Of a stretch of 32,325 nucleotides of DNA, positions 1 through 8,998 are shown piece after piece (position 1 is the stretch's first letter; each line of letters starts with the position of its first letter). Source of the stretch: a virus (Duplodnaviria > Caudoviricetes). The notes under the pieces are model-generated. The model ran no database searches. It worked only from the letters and a program-made list of their open reading frames with translations, and was not told where the DNA came from. Made by a program: the position numbers and the translations under genes. The stretch lies in IMG/VR virus record IMGVR_UViG_3300025658_000312, positions 1 through 32,325 of that record. The stretch is one strand, 5' to 3'.

Positions 1-14
1 TTACCGAATACGGT

Positions 15-452
15 ATGGAACACGGATTACATGCTGACGACGATAGAGATGATATTATCCAAGGCGTGATTGAAGAAATAGTCGATAATATGGACGAAGG
101 CAATGCATACGCACACGCTGTAAAGAAAGCCAAAATGAATGGCAAGAAAAAAGGCGACAAGGTTGACGGACCAGACGGCGACGAGATTACAATTGAAAAG
201 GACGAAAAGACACCATTAGGCGAGTTTATCCTTTCATACTATGATAGAGAAAACGGAACTTTCCCTAAAGGCGAAACGGCTGTACTAACTATGATAGAAA
301 AAGATTATGGTGAAGAGTTTATTGAACCAGCAAAAACTTTCATCGAAAAGATCAATCAAACTTTTGAAGAGTTTCAAATGAGAGCTAACCCTCAACAAAT
401 GGAAACAGACTCAGAGTATGATCGAATGAGAGAATTAGCGGGAATCCGTTAA
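15..452 (+). CDS. Acidic hypothetical phage protein, probably 5'-truncated; possible head-associated protein
   Basis: The frame is open back to the window edge (acc gaa tac ggt atg). The protein is very D/E-rich and ends in RMRELAGIR. Function is inference only. Confidence 0.5.
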   Translation: MEHGLHADDDRDDIIQGVIEEIVDNMDEGNAYAHAVKKAKMNGKKKGDKVDGPDGDEITIEKDEKTPLGEFILSYYDRENGTFPKGETAVLTMIEKDYGEEFIEPAKTFIEKINQTFEEFQMRANPQQMETDSEYDRMRELAGIR

Positions 453-480
453 TTATTTCAAAATAAAGGCAAGAAAACGC

Positions 481-509
481 TTGACTTTATAAATATATGA
501 GTGTAACAT
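481..509 (+). promoter_or_regulatory. Overlapping sigma70-like promoter and T4-type late promoter upstream of the SSB gene
   Basis: TTGACT(481-486)-17 nt-TAACAT(504-509), with TATAAATA at 488-495 inside the spacer. Confidence 0.6.
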
Positions 510-575
510 GTATACATGTGTTATACTTTTTAGGCACATAAAATAACCATAAAGGCATTATAGGAGGCATAAATT

Positions 576-1559
576 ATGGCATCATTAGCAGAAATCCGAG
601 CGAAGCTCAAACAACAAGAAGCCAATACTGGCGGAAACAGAGGACCACAAGGTCCCAACCCAATTTACCCATTTTGGAATATGAAAGAAGGCGAGAGTTC
701 AACTCTACGTTTCCTTCCTGACGGTAACCCAGATAACACATTTTTCTGGGCAGAACGTTTGATGATCAAACTTCCATTCGCTGGTGTAAAAGGCGAAACA
801 GACTCACGTCCTGTGCAAGTACAAATTCCATGTATGGAAATGTACGGTGAAACATGTACTATTCTTAACGAAGTACGTGGTTGGTTTAAAGATTCAAGTC
901 TAGAAGACATGGGTCGTAAGTATTGGAAAAAGCGTTCATACGTATTCCAAGGCTTTGTAACTGACAACCCAATCTCCGATGACGAAGCACCTGAGAATCC
1001 AATCAGACGTTTTATTATTGGTCCGCAAATTTTCCAAATCATCAAACAAGCATTGATGGATCCAGACATGGAAGAATTGCCAACAGATTACACAGCAGGT
1101 GTAGACTTCCGTCTTAACAAAACTAGCAAAGGTGGTTACGCAGATTATTCCACGTCAACATGGGCTCGTAGAGATCGTCCATTAGGCGATGCTGAAATGA
1201 ATGCTGTTAACACACATGGCTTGTTTAATCTAAGTGACTTCTTACCTAAGAAGCCAGATGAGACAGCTGTTAAAGTTATGCAAGAGATGTTTGAAGCATC
1301 TGTAGACGGCGAAGCGTATGACGCAGAACGTTGGAGTCAATACTTCCGTCCTGCAGGTATGCAAGCACGTACAGGCGATCCGCAAGTAGCGGCAAGTGCG
1401 AATGCAACAGCAACATCTCGTTCATCAGCGCCAGTAGCTGAAGCGGCACCGGCACCTGAACCAGTAGCAGAAGCAGCACCAGCTGCAGAAGCAACTCCTG
1501 CACCTGAAGGTAACGCAAGTGACATACTTGCAATGATTCGAAACAGACAGAGTCAATAA
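576..1559 (+). CDS. T4 gp32-like single-stranded DNA-binding protein
   Basis: LRFLPD motif, CMEMYGETC Zn-ligand segment, aromatic/basic RKYWKKRSY and GVDFRLNKT..GGYADYSTS. It has a SD (AGGAGG) and sits directly upstream of UvsX. Confidence 0.85.
   Translation: MASLAEIRAKLKQQEANTGGNRGPQGPNPIYPFWNMKEGESSTLRFLPDGNPDNTFFWAERLMIKLPFAGVKGETDSRPVQVQIPCMEMYGETCTILNEVRGWFKDSSLEDMGRKYWKKRSYVFQGFVTDNPISDDEAPENPIRRFIIGPQIFQIIKQALMDPDMEELPTDYTAGVDFRLNKTSKGGYADYSTSTWARRDRPLGDAEMNAVNTHGLFNLSDFLPKKPDETAVKVMQEMFEASVDGEAYDAERWSQYFRPAGMQARTGDPQVAASANATATSRSSAPVAEAAPAPEPVAEAAPAAEATPAPEGNASDILAMIRNRQSQ
1431..1509 (+). repeat. Imperfect in-frame repeat encoding an Ala/Pro/Glu linker
   Basis: ccagtagc(t/a)gaagc(g/a)gcacc(g/a)gc occurs twice and encodes PVAEAAPAPEPVAEAAPAAEATPAPE. 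Confidence 0.6.
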
Positions 1560-1566
1560 TACTTTA

Positions 1567-1638
1567 TGCTTCTACTAGTTAAATCGAGAACGGAGATTCA
1601 CGGTTTACCTGTCAAAGTTCCAAACGCTAGTAGAAGCA
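1567..1638 (+). other. Intergenic long-range inverted repeat (12-bp perfect stem); candidate structured RNA element
   Basis: tgcttctactag (1567-1578) pairs perfectly with ctagtagaagca (1627-1638). An inner gaac/gttc pair (1588-1591/1617-1620) is also possible. Confidence 0.6.
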
Positions 1639-1659
1639 AACTTTCATATAGGAGATAAA

Positions 1660-2733
1660 ATGGCTAAATCATTTGACGTAAGTAAATTTAGAAAAGACTT
1701 AACAAAGTCTATACAAGGCATGAGCAGTGGCTTTAACGATCCTACAGATTGGGTAAGCACAGGCTCTTATGCACTTAACTATCTTATTAGTGGCGACTTT
1801 AATAGAGGCGTTCCGCTAGGTAAGGTAACAGTGTTTGCAGGCGAATCTGGTGCAGGTAAAAGTTATTTTGCAGCAGGTAATATTGTAAGACACGCACAAG
1901 AACAAGGCATCTATGTAGTTTTAATTGACTCAGAAAATGCACTTGACCAAGCATGGTTAGAAGCACTAGGCGTTGACTGTGATGAATCAAAACTACTCAA
2001 GTTAAGCATGAGTATGATTGACGATGTTGCAAAAACTATTAGTACGTTTATGACTGATTACAAAGCAATGGATGAAGAAGATCGTCCTAAAGTATTGTTT
2101 GTAATTGATTCACTAGGTATGCTACTAACACCAACAGATGTTGATCAGTTTAACAAGGGTGATATGAAAGGTGATATGGGTCGTAAGCCTAAAGCACTAA
2201 CATCACTTGTACGTAATACTGTTAACATGATTGGCGCACATAACGTAGGATTAGTTTGTACTAACCACACTTATGCATCTCAGGATATGTTTGACCCAGA
2301 TGATAAAATAAGTGGCGGACAGGGCTTTATATACGCTTCTAGTATTGTTGTAGCAATGAAGAAGATGAAGCTCAAAGAAGATGCAGACGGTAATAAGATC
2401 AGTCAAGTTATGGGTATCCGTGCTGGCTGTAAAGTAATGAAAACACGTTATGCAAAACCGTTTGAAGGTGTACAAGTAAAGATTCCTTATGAAACAGGAA
2501 TGAATCCTTACAGTGGCATTGTAGAACTTTTTGAAGCAAAAGGTGTCATCGAGAAACAAGGTAACAGACTAAAGTATGTTACTATGGATGGAGAAGAGAT
2601 CCTAGAATACCGCAAAAACTGGACCGGCGAACTATTAGACAAAGTAATGTCTGATTGGGCTGTAAAAGAGTCAACTGTGGTAAATACCTCTGAAGCAGAC
2701 GAACTAATAGAAGAAGCTGTAACAGAGGAGTAA
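1660..2733 (+). CDS. uvsX: RecA/UvsX recombinase
   Basis: Walker A GESGAGKS, IDSENALD, Walker B VLFVIDSLG, TNHTY, SGGQG and KTRYAKPF; SD AGGAG. Confidence 0.95.
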   Translation: MAKSFDVSKFRKDLTKSIQGMSSGFNDPTDWVSTGSYALNYLISGDFNRGVPLGKVTVFAGESGAGKSYFAAGNIVRHAQEQGIYVVLIDSENALDQAWLEALGVDCDESKLLKLSMSMIDDVAKTISTFMTDYKAMDEEDRPKVLFVIDSLGMLLTPTDVDQFNKGDMKGDMGRKPKALTSLVRNTVNMIGAHNVGLVCTNHTYASQDMFDPDDKISGGQGFIYASSIVVAMKKMKLKEDADGNKISQVMGIRAGCKVMKTRYAKPFEGVQVKIPYETGMNPYSGIVELFEAKGVIEKQGNRLKYVTMDGEEILEYRKNWTGELLDKVMSDWAVKESTVVNTSEADELIEEAVTEE

Positions 2734-2735
2734 TT

Positions 2736-2963
2736 ATGGATTTGGAACAAGCGATTGACGTTTGGAATTTATTCAAAGAGTATGTTGATAAAAAACAAGT
2801 AGAATTAGTTGCTGAAAAGTTTGTTGATCATCTTGCTGACTATGGCTTAGATGATCAACAGATGAAAGAATTACTTGGTAACGATTCACATCTTGATGAA
2901 GCAATCGGCTACTACTTAGAAATAGATGATGTAGAGCAAGACGAAGAAGAAGAGTGGGGTTAA
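2736..2963 (+). CDS. Small acidic hypothetical protein
   Basis: 75 aa with SD GAGGAG, tightly packed between uvsX and uvsY; acidic tail DDVEQDEEEEWG. Confidence 0.7.
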   Translation: MDLEQAIDVWNLFKEYVDKKQVELVAEKFVDHLADYGLDDQQMKELLGNDSHLDEAIGYYLEIDDVEQDEEEEWG

Positions 2964-2965
2964 GA

Positions 2966-3421
2966 ATGGGTTGGTATAGTGAAGTATCCAGAGACGTTGG
3001 CAAAATACCTGATGCTGTAGCATTTTTTGAAGACGAACTAGTTGACGCTAAAAAAGAATGTAAGCTAGTAGGCAACGTTGAAAAGGCTGCTGCATCTATG
3101 CCGGGCATTGTTGAACATCGCTTTAATCAGCTACAAGAGATTGAAGCGATCCTATTCTACTTGAACATAGAGCTACGCAGATTGCGTAGCTCTTATTTCA
3201 AAAAATATCTAGAAAATTATCAACGAGCTTTGTCTAGTCGTGACGTAGAAAAATATGTAGATGGCGAAGCAGATGTTGTTGACTATGAAAAGATTATTAA
3301 TGAATTTGCACTAATGCGTAACAAATGGTTAGGTGTACTTAAAGCACTTGATCAGAAGCAATGGCAAATTACAAACGTAGTTAAACTTAGAGTTGCAGGC
3401 ATGGAAGACGCTAGTCTATAA
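2966..3421 (+). CDS. uvsY: UvsY-like recombination mediator
   Basis: Helical protein of about 150 aa with YLENY.RALSSRDVEKYVDGE and KALDQKQWQITN..KLR, resembling UvsY, and in synteny with uvsX. Start moved to the ATG at 2966. Confidence 0.7.
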   Translation: MGWYSEVSRDVGKIPDAVAFFEDELVDAKKECKLVGNVEKAAASMPGIVEHRFNQLQEIEAILFYLNIELRRLRSSYFKKYLENYQRALSSRDVEKYVDGEADVVDYEKIINEFALMRNKWLGVLKALDQKQWQITNVVKLRVAGMEDASL

Positions 3422-3424
3422 GCC

Positions 3425-4267
3425 GTGGAAAATTTTAAATACTTAATAGACAAGATTTATGATACTGATTTTACTAGGGAACCATTTAGATTTATCTATG
3501 TAGAAGACTTTTTTACACAAGATCATTTCGAACGTATAACAGCATGTAAACAGATCAATGTACCTCAGTTTGATAGTTCTGAGCATATGTGTTCAGAGCT
3601 TGCAACTACATACAAATACAAGCCGCAACCATTTCCGGGGTGTACTACAAGTGTACAGTCTTATTTAGAATGGTATAATAATCGAAACAAAGGTAAAGGT
3701 GTAGCAAACCAAGATCTGTTAGAAGGATACGGGATAGCGTTTAGACTGAAGCATTATCAAGATAGTATTTTAGAAGAGCTTGTTGCATTTTTTAACAGCG
3801 ATTCTTGGCACAAATGTATTAAGAAAAAATTTAAAAAGACAGGCGAAACAAGTGTAGATACTGCAATACAAAAATATGTATCAGGTTATGAAATAAGTCC
3901 ACACCCGGATATTAGACGTAAATGTGCTACATATATGATCAATATTAATACTGCTCCTGAAGCAGAGCACTTAGGGTTGCACACACACTTTATGACATTT
4001 AATGATGACAAAAAGTGGATCGCTGAACAATGGCGTGATAAACAAGACCAAGATACTTGTTGGGTACCTTGGGATTGGGCAACTACAAATTATGAACATA
4101 GTAAAAACAATTCTATTACAATGTTTGCACCAGACTATAATACGTTACATGCTGTAAAGTTAGAGTACGACCATACTAAACTTCAGCGTACACAAGTGTA
4201 TGGTAATTTATGGTACACTGGCGACAGTAGACCAAAAGTAAAAAAATCTAATTGGAAAAGTTTATAA
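3425..4267 (+). CDS. 2OG-Fe(II) oxygenase-like protein
   Basis: PFRFIYVEDFF N-terminus, GYEISPHPD (HxD), distal TLHAV His and R in LQRTQVY. Confidence 0.65.
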   Translation: MENFKYLIDKIYDTDFTREPFRFIYVEDFFTQDHFERITACKQINVPQFDSSEHMCSELATTYKYKPQPFPGCTTSVQSYLEWYNNRNKGKGVANQDLLEGYGIAFRLKHYQDSILEELVAFFNSDSWHKCIKKKFKKTGETSVDTAIQKYVSGYEISPHPDIRRKCATYMININTAPEAEHLGLHTHFMTFNDDKKWIAEQWRDKQDQDTCWVPWDWATTNYEHSKNNSITMFAPDYNTLHAVKLEYDHTKLQRTQVYGNLWYTGDSRPKVKKSNWKSL

Positions 4268-4268
4268 G

Positions 4269-4946
4269 ATGCCAGCCTTTAAAAAAGACGACGATAAATT
4301 AATTTACGAATACATTTGCGACACAGCACCAGATAACATGACAATGTTAGATGTTGGCGCTCGTACGGGCAAATGGTGTAAATCGTTTGTAACAGAATTT
4401 CCTAATGCTACATTTCATTGTTTTGAGGCATTGCCAGAGCAACATGAAAGATGTGCAAATAGATTTAGGAAACACGAAAATGTTACAACACACAATTTTG
4501 TTATAAGCAATAATTGTAACGTAACAACTTTCTACAAAGATACAGACAGACTAGGTTGGAGTGGGTTAAAAAAACATTCCTATATGGAAAATTTTGAGAC
4601 TTTAAAATTACCTAGCAAGACACTAGATAGTTTTCAATTAACACCGTACTTTGTAAAGTTAGATGTAGAAGGCGCAGAGCTACTAGCATTACAAGGTGCA
4701 TCATTTACATTAAAATCAGCAAAAGTAATTTACTTTGAGTGCAACGAAATACACACAAAGGATTACAATTACGGTACTGACCAAGTGTATAATCAATTAC
4801 GTAACTACGGTTTTACAGTACACGACAAGCATTTAAATGAGTTAACAAAAGATGAATTTGTGTATCGTACAGCTGATGCAAGGCGTTACGAAGATCCAAA
4901 AGGCTACGAATCTAATTATATAGCACTGAGTAATGTACGTACATAA
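4269..4946 (+). CDS. FkbM-family SAM methyltransferase
   Basis: LDVGARTG, HCFEALP, TLDS, VKLDVEGAEL and IYFE motifs. Confidence 0.9.
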   Translation: MPAFKKDDDKLIYEYICDTAPDNMTMLDVGARTGKWCKSFVTEFPNATFHCFEALPEQHERCANRFRKHENVTTHNFVISNNCNVTTFYKDTDRLGWSGLKKHSYMENFETLKLPSKTLDSFQLTPYFVKLDVEGAELLALQGASFTLKSAKVIYFECNEIHTKDYNYGTDQVYNQLRNYGFTVHDKHLNELTKDEFVYRTADARRYEDPKGYESNYIALSNVRT

Positions 4947-4949
4947 ATA
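4942..4949 (+). promoter_or_regulatory. T4-type late promoter-like motif heading the glycan cluster
   Basis: CATAAATA (one mismatch to TATAAATA) lies 5 nt before the ATG at 4955, with no SD in between. Confidence 0.5.
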
Positions 4950-4954
4950 TCTAT

Positions 4955-5734
4955 ATGAAACGTATTGTACTAGTCACAGGTGGCTTTGACCCGCTACACT
5001 CTGGGCACATAGCCTATTTTAAAGAAGCAAAAAAACTTGGCACCAAACTAGTTGTTGGTGTTAATTCAGACGATTGGCTCACTAGAAAGAAAGGCAGACC
5101 TTTTATGCCTTTTGAAGAACGGTGTGCTATTATAAAAGAACTATCTGTTGTTGATAAAGTTATTGGATTTAACGATGACGATGATAGTGCATGCCACGCA
5201 ATATTCCAACTCCTTAGTACACACGGCAGTGGAACAAAAGTTGTCTTTGCTAATGGCGGAGATAGAACAAATACAACAACTCCAGAATATGCTACATACG
5301 GTGAAATGCCTTATGTTGAGTTTGCATTTGGAGTTGGCGGTGAACACAAAATGAATTCTAGTAGTTGGATACTTGACGAATGGAAAAATCCAAAAACAAT
5401 TAGAGAATGGGGTTGGTATAGAATATTAGACGATCAGCCTGAAAAAGGATACAAAGTTAAAGAGCTTGTAATACTACCTGGTAAAAGTTTAAGTGACCAA
5501 AGACACAAACATAGATCAGAAATGTGGTATGTTACGCAAGGTCAAGTAACTATGGCTATTCAAATAGAAGGTGAGCCTGTTACAGGATTTGAGTTGCCTG
5601 CTTTACTTAATGGTTATAATATTGGTAGTAACATATGGCACAAAGCAATCAATAATCAAGATGTGCCAGCACACGTTGTAGAAGTACAGTTTGGCGAAAA
5701 GTGTGTTGAAGAAGATATAGAAAGAAGAGATTAA
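4955..5734 (+). CDS. Bifunctional HxGH cytidylyl/adenylyltransferase (RfaE/TagD-like) fused to a C-terminal mannose-6-phosphate-isomerase-type cupin
   Basis: VTGGFDPLHSGH, GVNSDDWL.RKKGRPF, FANGGDR and SSS; then R.WG.Y, LSDQRHKHRSEMW, WH and EVQFG..C.EEDIER. Confidence 0.85.
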   Translation: MKRIVLVTGGFDPLHSGHIAYFKEAKKLGTKLVVGVNSDDWLTRKKGRPFMPFEERCAIIKELSVVDKVIGFNDDDDSACHAIFQLLSTHGSGTKVVFANGGDRTNTTTPEYATYGEMPYVEFAFGVGGEHKMNSSSWILDEWKNPKTIREWGWYRILDDQPEKGYKVKELVILPGKSLSDQRHKHRSEMWYVTQGQVTMAIQIEGEPVTGFELPALLNGYNIGSNIWHKAINNQDVPAHVVEVQFGEKCVEEDIERRD

Positions 5735-6405
5735 TGAAAGTTTTCATAGGATACGATCCAAGAGAAGATATTGCATATCAAGTGTGTAAGCACAGCATAT
5801 TGAAACATCAACCTGATGCAGATATACGCCCACTAGTACAAAAAGAATTAAGACAAGCAGGATGGTACAAGCGTCCTGAAGATAAACTTGCAAGTACAGA
5901 GTTTACGTTTACACGTTTTTTAGTACCAGAGCTTACTAACTTTAAAGGTTGGGCGTTGTTTATGGATTGCGATATGATCCTTACTACAGATATTAAAGAA
6001 CTATTTGATCAAGCAGACGACAAGTATGCTGTTATGTGTGTACAACATGACTACGCTCCTAAAGAAGGTACAAAAATGGATGGGCAAAAGCAAACTATCT
6101 ATCCACGCAAGAATTGGTCAAGTGTTGTGTTATGGAACTGTGGCCACCCTAGTAATAGAGTCGTTGACCAAGATCAAGTTAACAGTTTAGAATTAAATGG
6201 CGCATACTTTCATAGGTTCGGTTGGCTTGAAGATAAAGAAATTGGTAAACTAGATCATACTTGGAATTATCTAGTTGGCGTCTACGATGATATAGAAACA
6301 CCTAAATTAATTCATTATACCGAAGGTGGTCCGTGGTTTGAAAACTATCGCGATTGCCAATTTAATGAATTATGGAAACAAGAACTTTATGATATGTTTA
6401 AGTAA
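5734..6405 (+). CDS. GT-A fold glycosyltransferase (GT8-like)
   Basis: VFIGYDPRE, STEFTFTRF, FMDCDM (DxD), YPRKNWSS, WNYLVG and HYTEGGPWF. Confidence 0.85.
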   Translation: MKVFIGYDPREDIAYQVCKHSILKHQPDADIRPLVQKELRQAGWYKRPEDKLASTEFTFTRFLVPELTNFKGWALFMDCDMILTTDIKELFDQADDKYAVMCVQHDYAPKEGTKMDGQKQTIYPRKNWSSVVLWNCGHPSNRVVDQDQVNSLELNGAYFHRFGWLEDKEIGKLDHTWNYLVGVYDDIETPKLIHYTEGGPWFENYRDCQFNELWKQELYDMFK

Positions 6406-7180
6406 AAACAAAACAGACGAGTACATAAACATGTATGCTAAAGGTGCAGGATTGCCTATACATGACTATAGTTACGAACATGAAAATAAAAGAGCACCTA
6501 TACTAATACGTAGTTTAGGAAAACGAAAACTTATACACAAATGTTGGGAAACTAAAAGAGACTTTTATTATATGGACAGCGGTTACCTTGGTAATTACAA
6601 AAGTCCTATAAATGAAGGTGGTTGGAAAGTGTTCCATCGAATAGTTAAAAACGATATACAACATAGCGCAATTATTGAACGTCCTAGTGATAGATGGGAA
6701 AAACTAGGAATAAAAATTGATAAAAGAAAGAAGACCGGAAGAAACATTTTACTTGTTATGCCCAGCGATAAGCCTTGTAAGTTTTATGGTATAGATGCAG
6801 AAAAATGGAAACAAGAAACAATAGAACAAATTAAGATGCATACAGATCGTCCTATTGTTATTAGAGAAAAACAACCAAGACATGTACGTATGCAAAAAAC
6901 AATATATCAAGACTTAGATAATGCATATGCAATGGTAACGTATCAAAGTATTGCGGCTGTAGAAAGTGTACTGTATGGCATTCCAGCATTTACTCTTGCA
7001 CCGACAGCTGCTGATCCTGTTGCAAATAAGTTCTTGTACAATTTAGAAAACCCAGAGCGATACGACAAAGAGTATATATATAGTTGGGCATGCCACATAG
7101 CGTATGGTCAGTTTCATATCGACGAACTGAAAAAAGGAAAAGCTCACAACATGATAATGGAGGAACTTTATGGCAGTTAA
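6389..7180 (+). CDS. KpsS/KpsC-like (capsule-synthesis family) GT-B glycosyltransferase, paralog 1
   Basis: YYMDSGY, RWEKLGI, TDRPIVIREK and VTYQSIAAVESVLYGIPAF, motifs shared with the ORFs at 8084, 8995 and 13759. Likely start is the ATG at 6389. Confidence 0.6.
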   Translation: MICLSKNKTDEYINMYAKGAGLPIHDYSYEHENKRAPILIRSLGKRKLIHKCWETKRDFYYMDSGYLGNYKSPINEGGWKVFHRIVKNDIQHSAIIERPSDRWEKLGIKIDKRKKTGRNILLVMPSDKPCKFYGIDAEKWKQETIEQIKMHTDRPIVIREKQPRHVRMQKTIYQDLDNAYAMVTYQSIAAVESVLYGIPAFTLAPTAADPVANKFLYNLENPERYDKEYIYSWACHIAYGQFHIDELKKGKAHNMIMEELYGS

Positions 7181-8087
7181 GTACGTAGTAGTTCATAGAG
7201 CTGATAAAAACAATATCGGTGATATGTCAAGTAACCCGTTGCAGTATTACTTACCGCAACACGAATACCAAGTAGTAGATATATTAGATCTTGCAACACA
7301 AAACTATCCAAGCGATGTTCCGTTAATTGCAGGCGGCGGTGGGCTTATTGCAAATGAGTTCTTAGGAAATGACTTACAGTATGCTCTTAACAATAGTGAT
7401 CAAAATGCACTAATGACTCTTTGGAAAGACTCTTGGAATGTAGTAAATCACAATAATATAACAGCACGTGATGACTTTTTACGTAAATTACAACCACTTG
7501 TAAAAGAATATTTAGATAAATTAGACAACAGTACAGCACCGCGTATTGTATGGGGAGCAGGACATAACCAAGATACTAACAAAAGAGTTAAACGCCCTGA
7601 GTGGCCAGACTGGTTAAGTAATTTTGATTTAGTTGGTGTAAGAGATTACGGTCAACCATTCGAATGGGTACCTTGTGCAAGTTGTTTAGACACAGCATTT
7701 GATAAAACATATAGAATAAAAAATGATATTATTTGGTATGAACATAAAAAGCAATTAATAAAGTCAACGCATTTTGGAAGTAAACCTATTCCTAGATATA
7801 TTAATAGTGGCGCTAATATGGAGCAAACTATTGAACTACTAGGTAGTGCAAACACTATTATAACTAACAGTTATCATGGCGCATATTGGGGTACATTGCT
7901 TGGTAAAAAAGTAATTGTAGCAGGTCCTTGGAGTAGTAAATTCCATACACTTAAACATAGAGTTACATTTATTAATCCTCAAGATAATTATGAATACTTG
8001 TTAGACAGTGTTGCAGAATATCCCGAAGCATTGCAAGAATGTAGAGATGCAAACAATAACCATTGGCAGAAGATACAGCAATTATGA
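7170..8087 (+). CDS. Polysaccharide pyruvyltransferase-like protein
   Basis: NIGD, IAGGGGL, WGAG, VGVRD and ITNSYHG...LLGK are the usual pyruvyltransferase motifs. Confidence 0.7.
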   Translation: MAVKYVVVHRADKNNIGDMSSNPLQYYLPQHEYQVVDILDLATQNYPSDVPLIAGGGGLIANEFLGNDLQYALNNSDQNALMTLWKDSWNVVNHNNITARDDFLRKLQPLVKEYLDKLDNSTAPRIVWGAGHNQDTNKRVKRPEWPDWLSNFDLVGVRDYGQPFEWVPCASCLDTAFDKTYRIKNDIIWYEHKKQLIKSTHFGSKPIPRYINSGANMEQTIELLGSANTIITNSYHGAYWGTLLGKKVIVAGPWSSKFHTLKHRVTFINPQDNYEYLLDSVAEYPEALQECRDANNNHWQKIQQL

Positions 8088-8998
8088 AGACAGTAGTAGG
8101 ATATGCGTTAGGTATACCAAACCCGCACAAGAACCCGCATAAGGTAGATATATTAAAAAGATACATTGACGGCGTACAAAAGCACGGCGACAAAGGTATA
8201 CTACATTATGGTAATAATATAATTGACAGTGATGTTAATTTAATACAAGGATGGGTGCATGCAGGCAGTCCTTCTAGTCCGCACTTAATTTTACGTAAAC
8301 GTGCTCATGAGCAAAACATAAACAAAGGTAAACATAGTTTCATTGCTGATAGTAATCTGTTTAACTACGCTGTAGGTAAAATGCACAACATGCAATATTT
8401 ACGATATAGTATGGACGGTGTATTCCCTACAACAGGCAACTACTTTCAAGACACAGTTAATCCAAAACGTTGGACACAAATACGCAAAGATCTTGGTATT
8501 AAAATGAAAGATTGGCGTCAATCGGGTGTACACATACTAATATGTACACAACGTAACGGCGGTTGGAGCATGGGCGGACTTGATGTTGTTAGTTGGTTAA
8601 AAGATACAATTAAAGAAGTTAGGAAGCACACAGACAGGCCTATTGTTGTTAGAGGACACCCTGGTGATAAACATGCACGTAAGTATCTTAAAAACAAAGA
8701 TTGGCAAGTAAGTACAGCACCTAGCTTGCCACAAGACTTACTCAACGCACATTGTACTATAACGTACAATAGTAGTCCTAGTGTTGCAAGTGCTATCGAA
8801 GGCATACCTACATATGTTACAGACCCTAATCCTTGCATTAGTCAAGCATATGATGTTGCAAACACAGACTTATCTACAATAGAAACTCCGCAGACGTTTG
8901 AGAGACAAGAATGGATAGAAAAACTTGCTATGTGTCATTGGAACTTTGATGAGCTAAGTTCGGGGGAGGCATGGGCTCACATGAGAGATTACGTATGA
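8084..8998 (+). CDS. KpsS/KpsC-like GT-B glycosyltransferase, paralog 2
   Basis: ILICTQ, TDRPIVVRGHPGD, ITYNSSPSVASAIEGIP and C-terminal W..LA..HW..DEL.SG.AW. Confidence 0.65.
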   Translation: MKTVVGYALGIPNPHKNPHKVDILKRYIDGVQKHGDKGILHYGNNIIDSDVNLIQGWVHAGSPSSPHLILRKRAHEQNINKGKHSFIADSNLFNYAVGKMHNMQYLRYSMDGVFPTTGNYFQDTVNPKRWTQIRKDLGIKMKDWRQSGVHILICTQRNGGWSMGGLDVVSWLKDTIKEVRKHTDRPIVVRGHPGDKHARKYLKNKDWQVSTAPSLPQDLLNAHCTITYNSSPSVASAIEGIPTYVTDPNPCISQAYDVANTDLSTIETPQTFERQEWIEKLAMCHWNFDELSSGEAWAHMRDYV

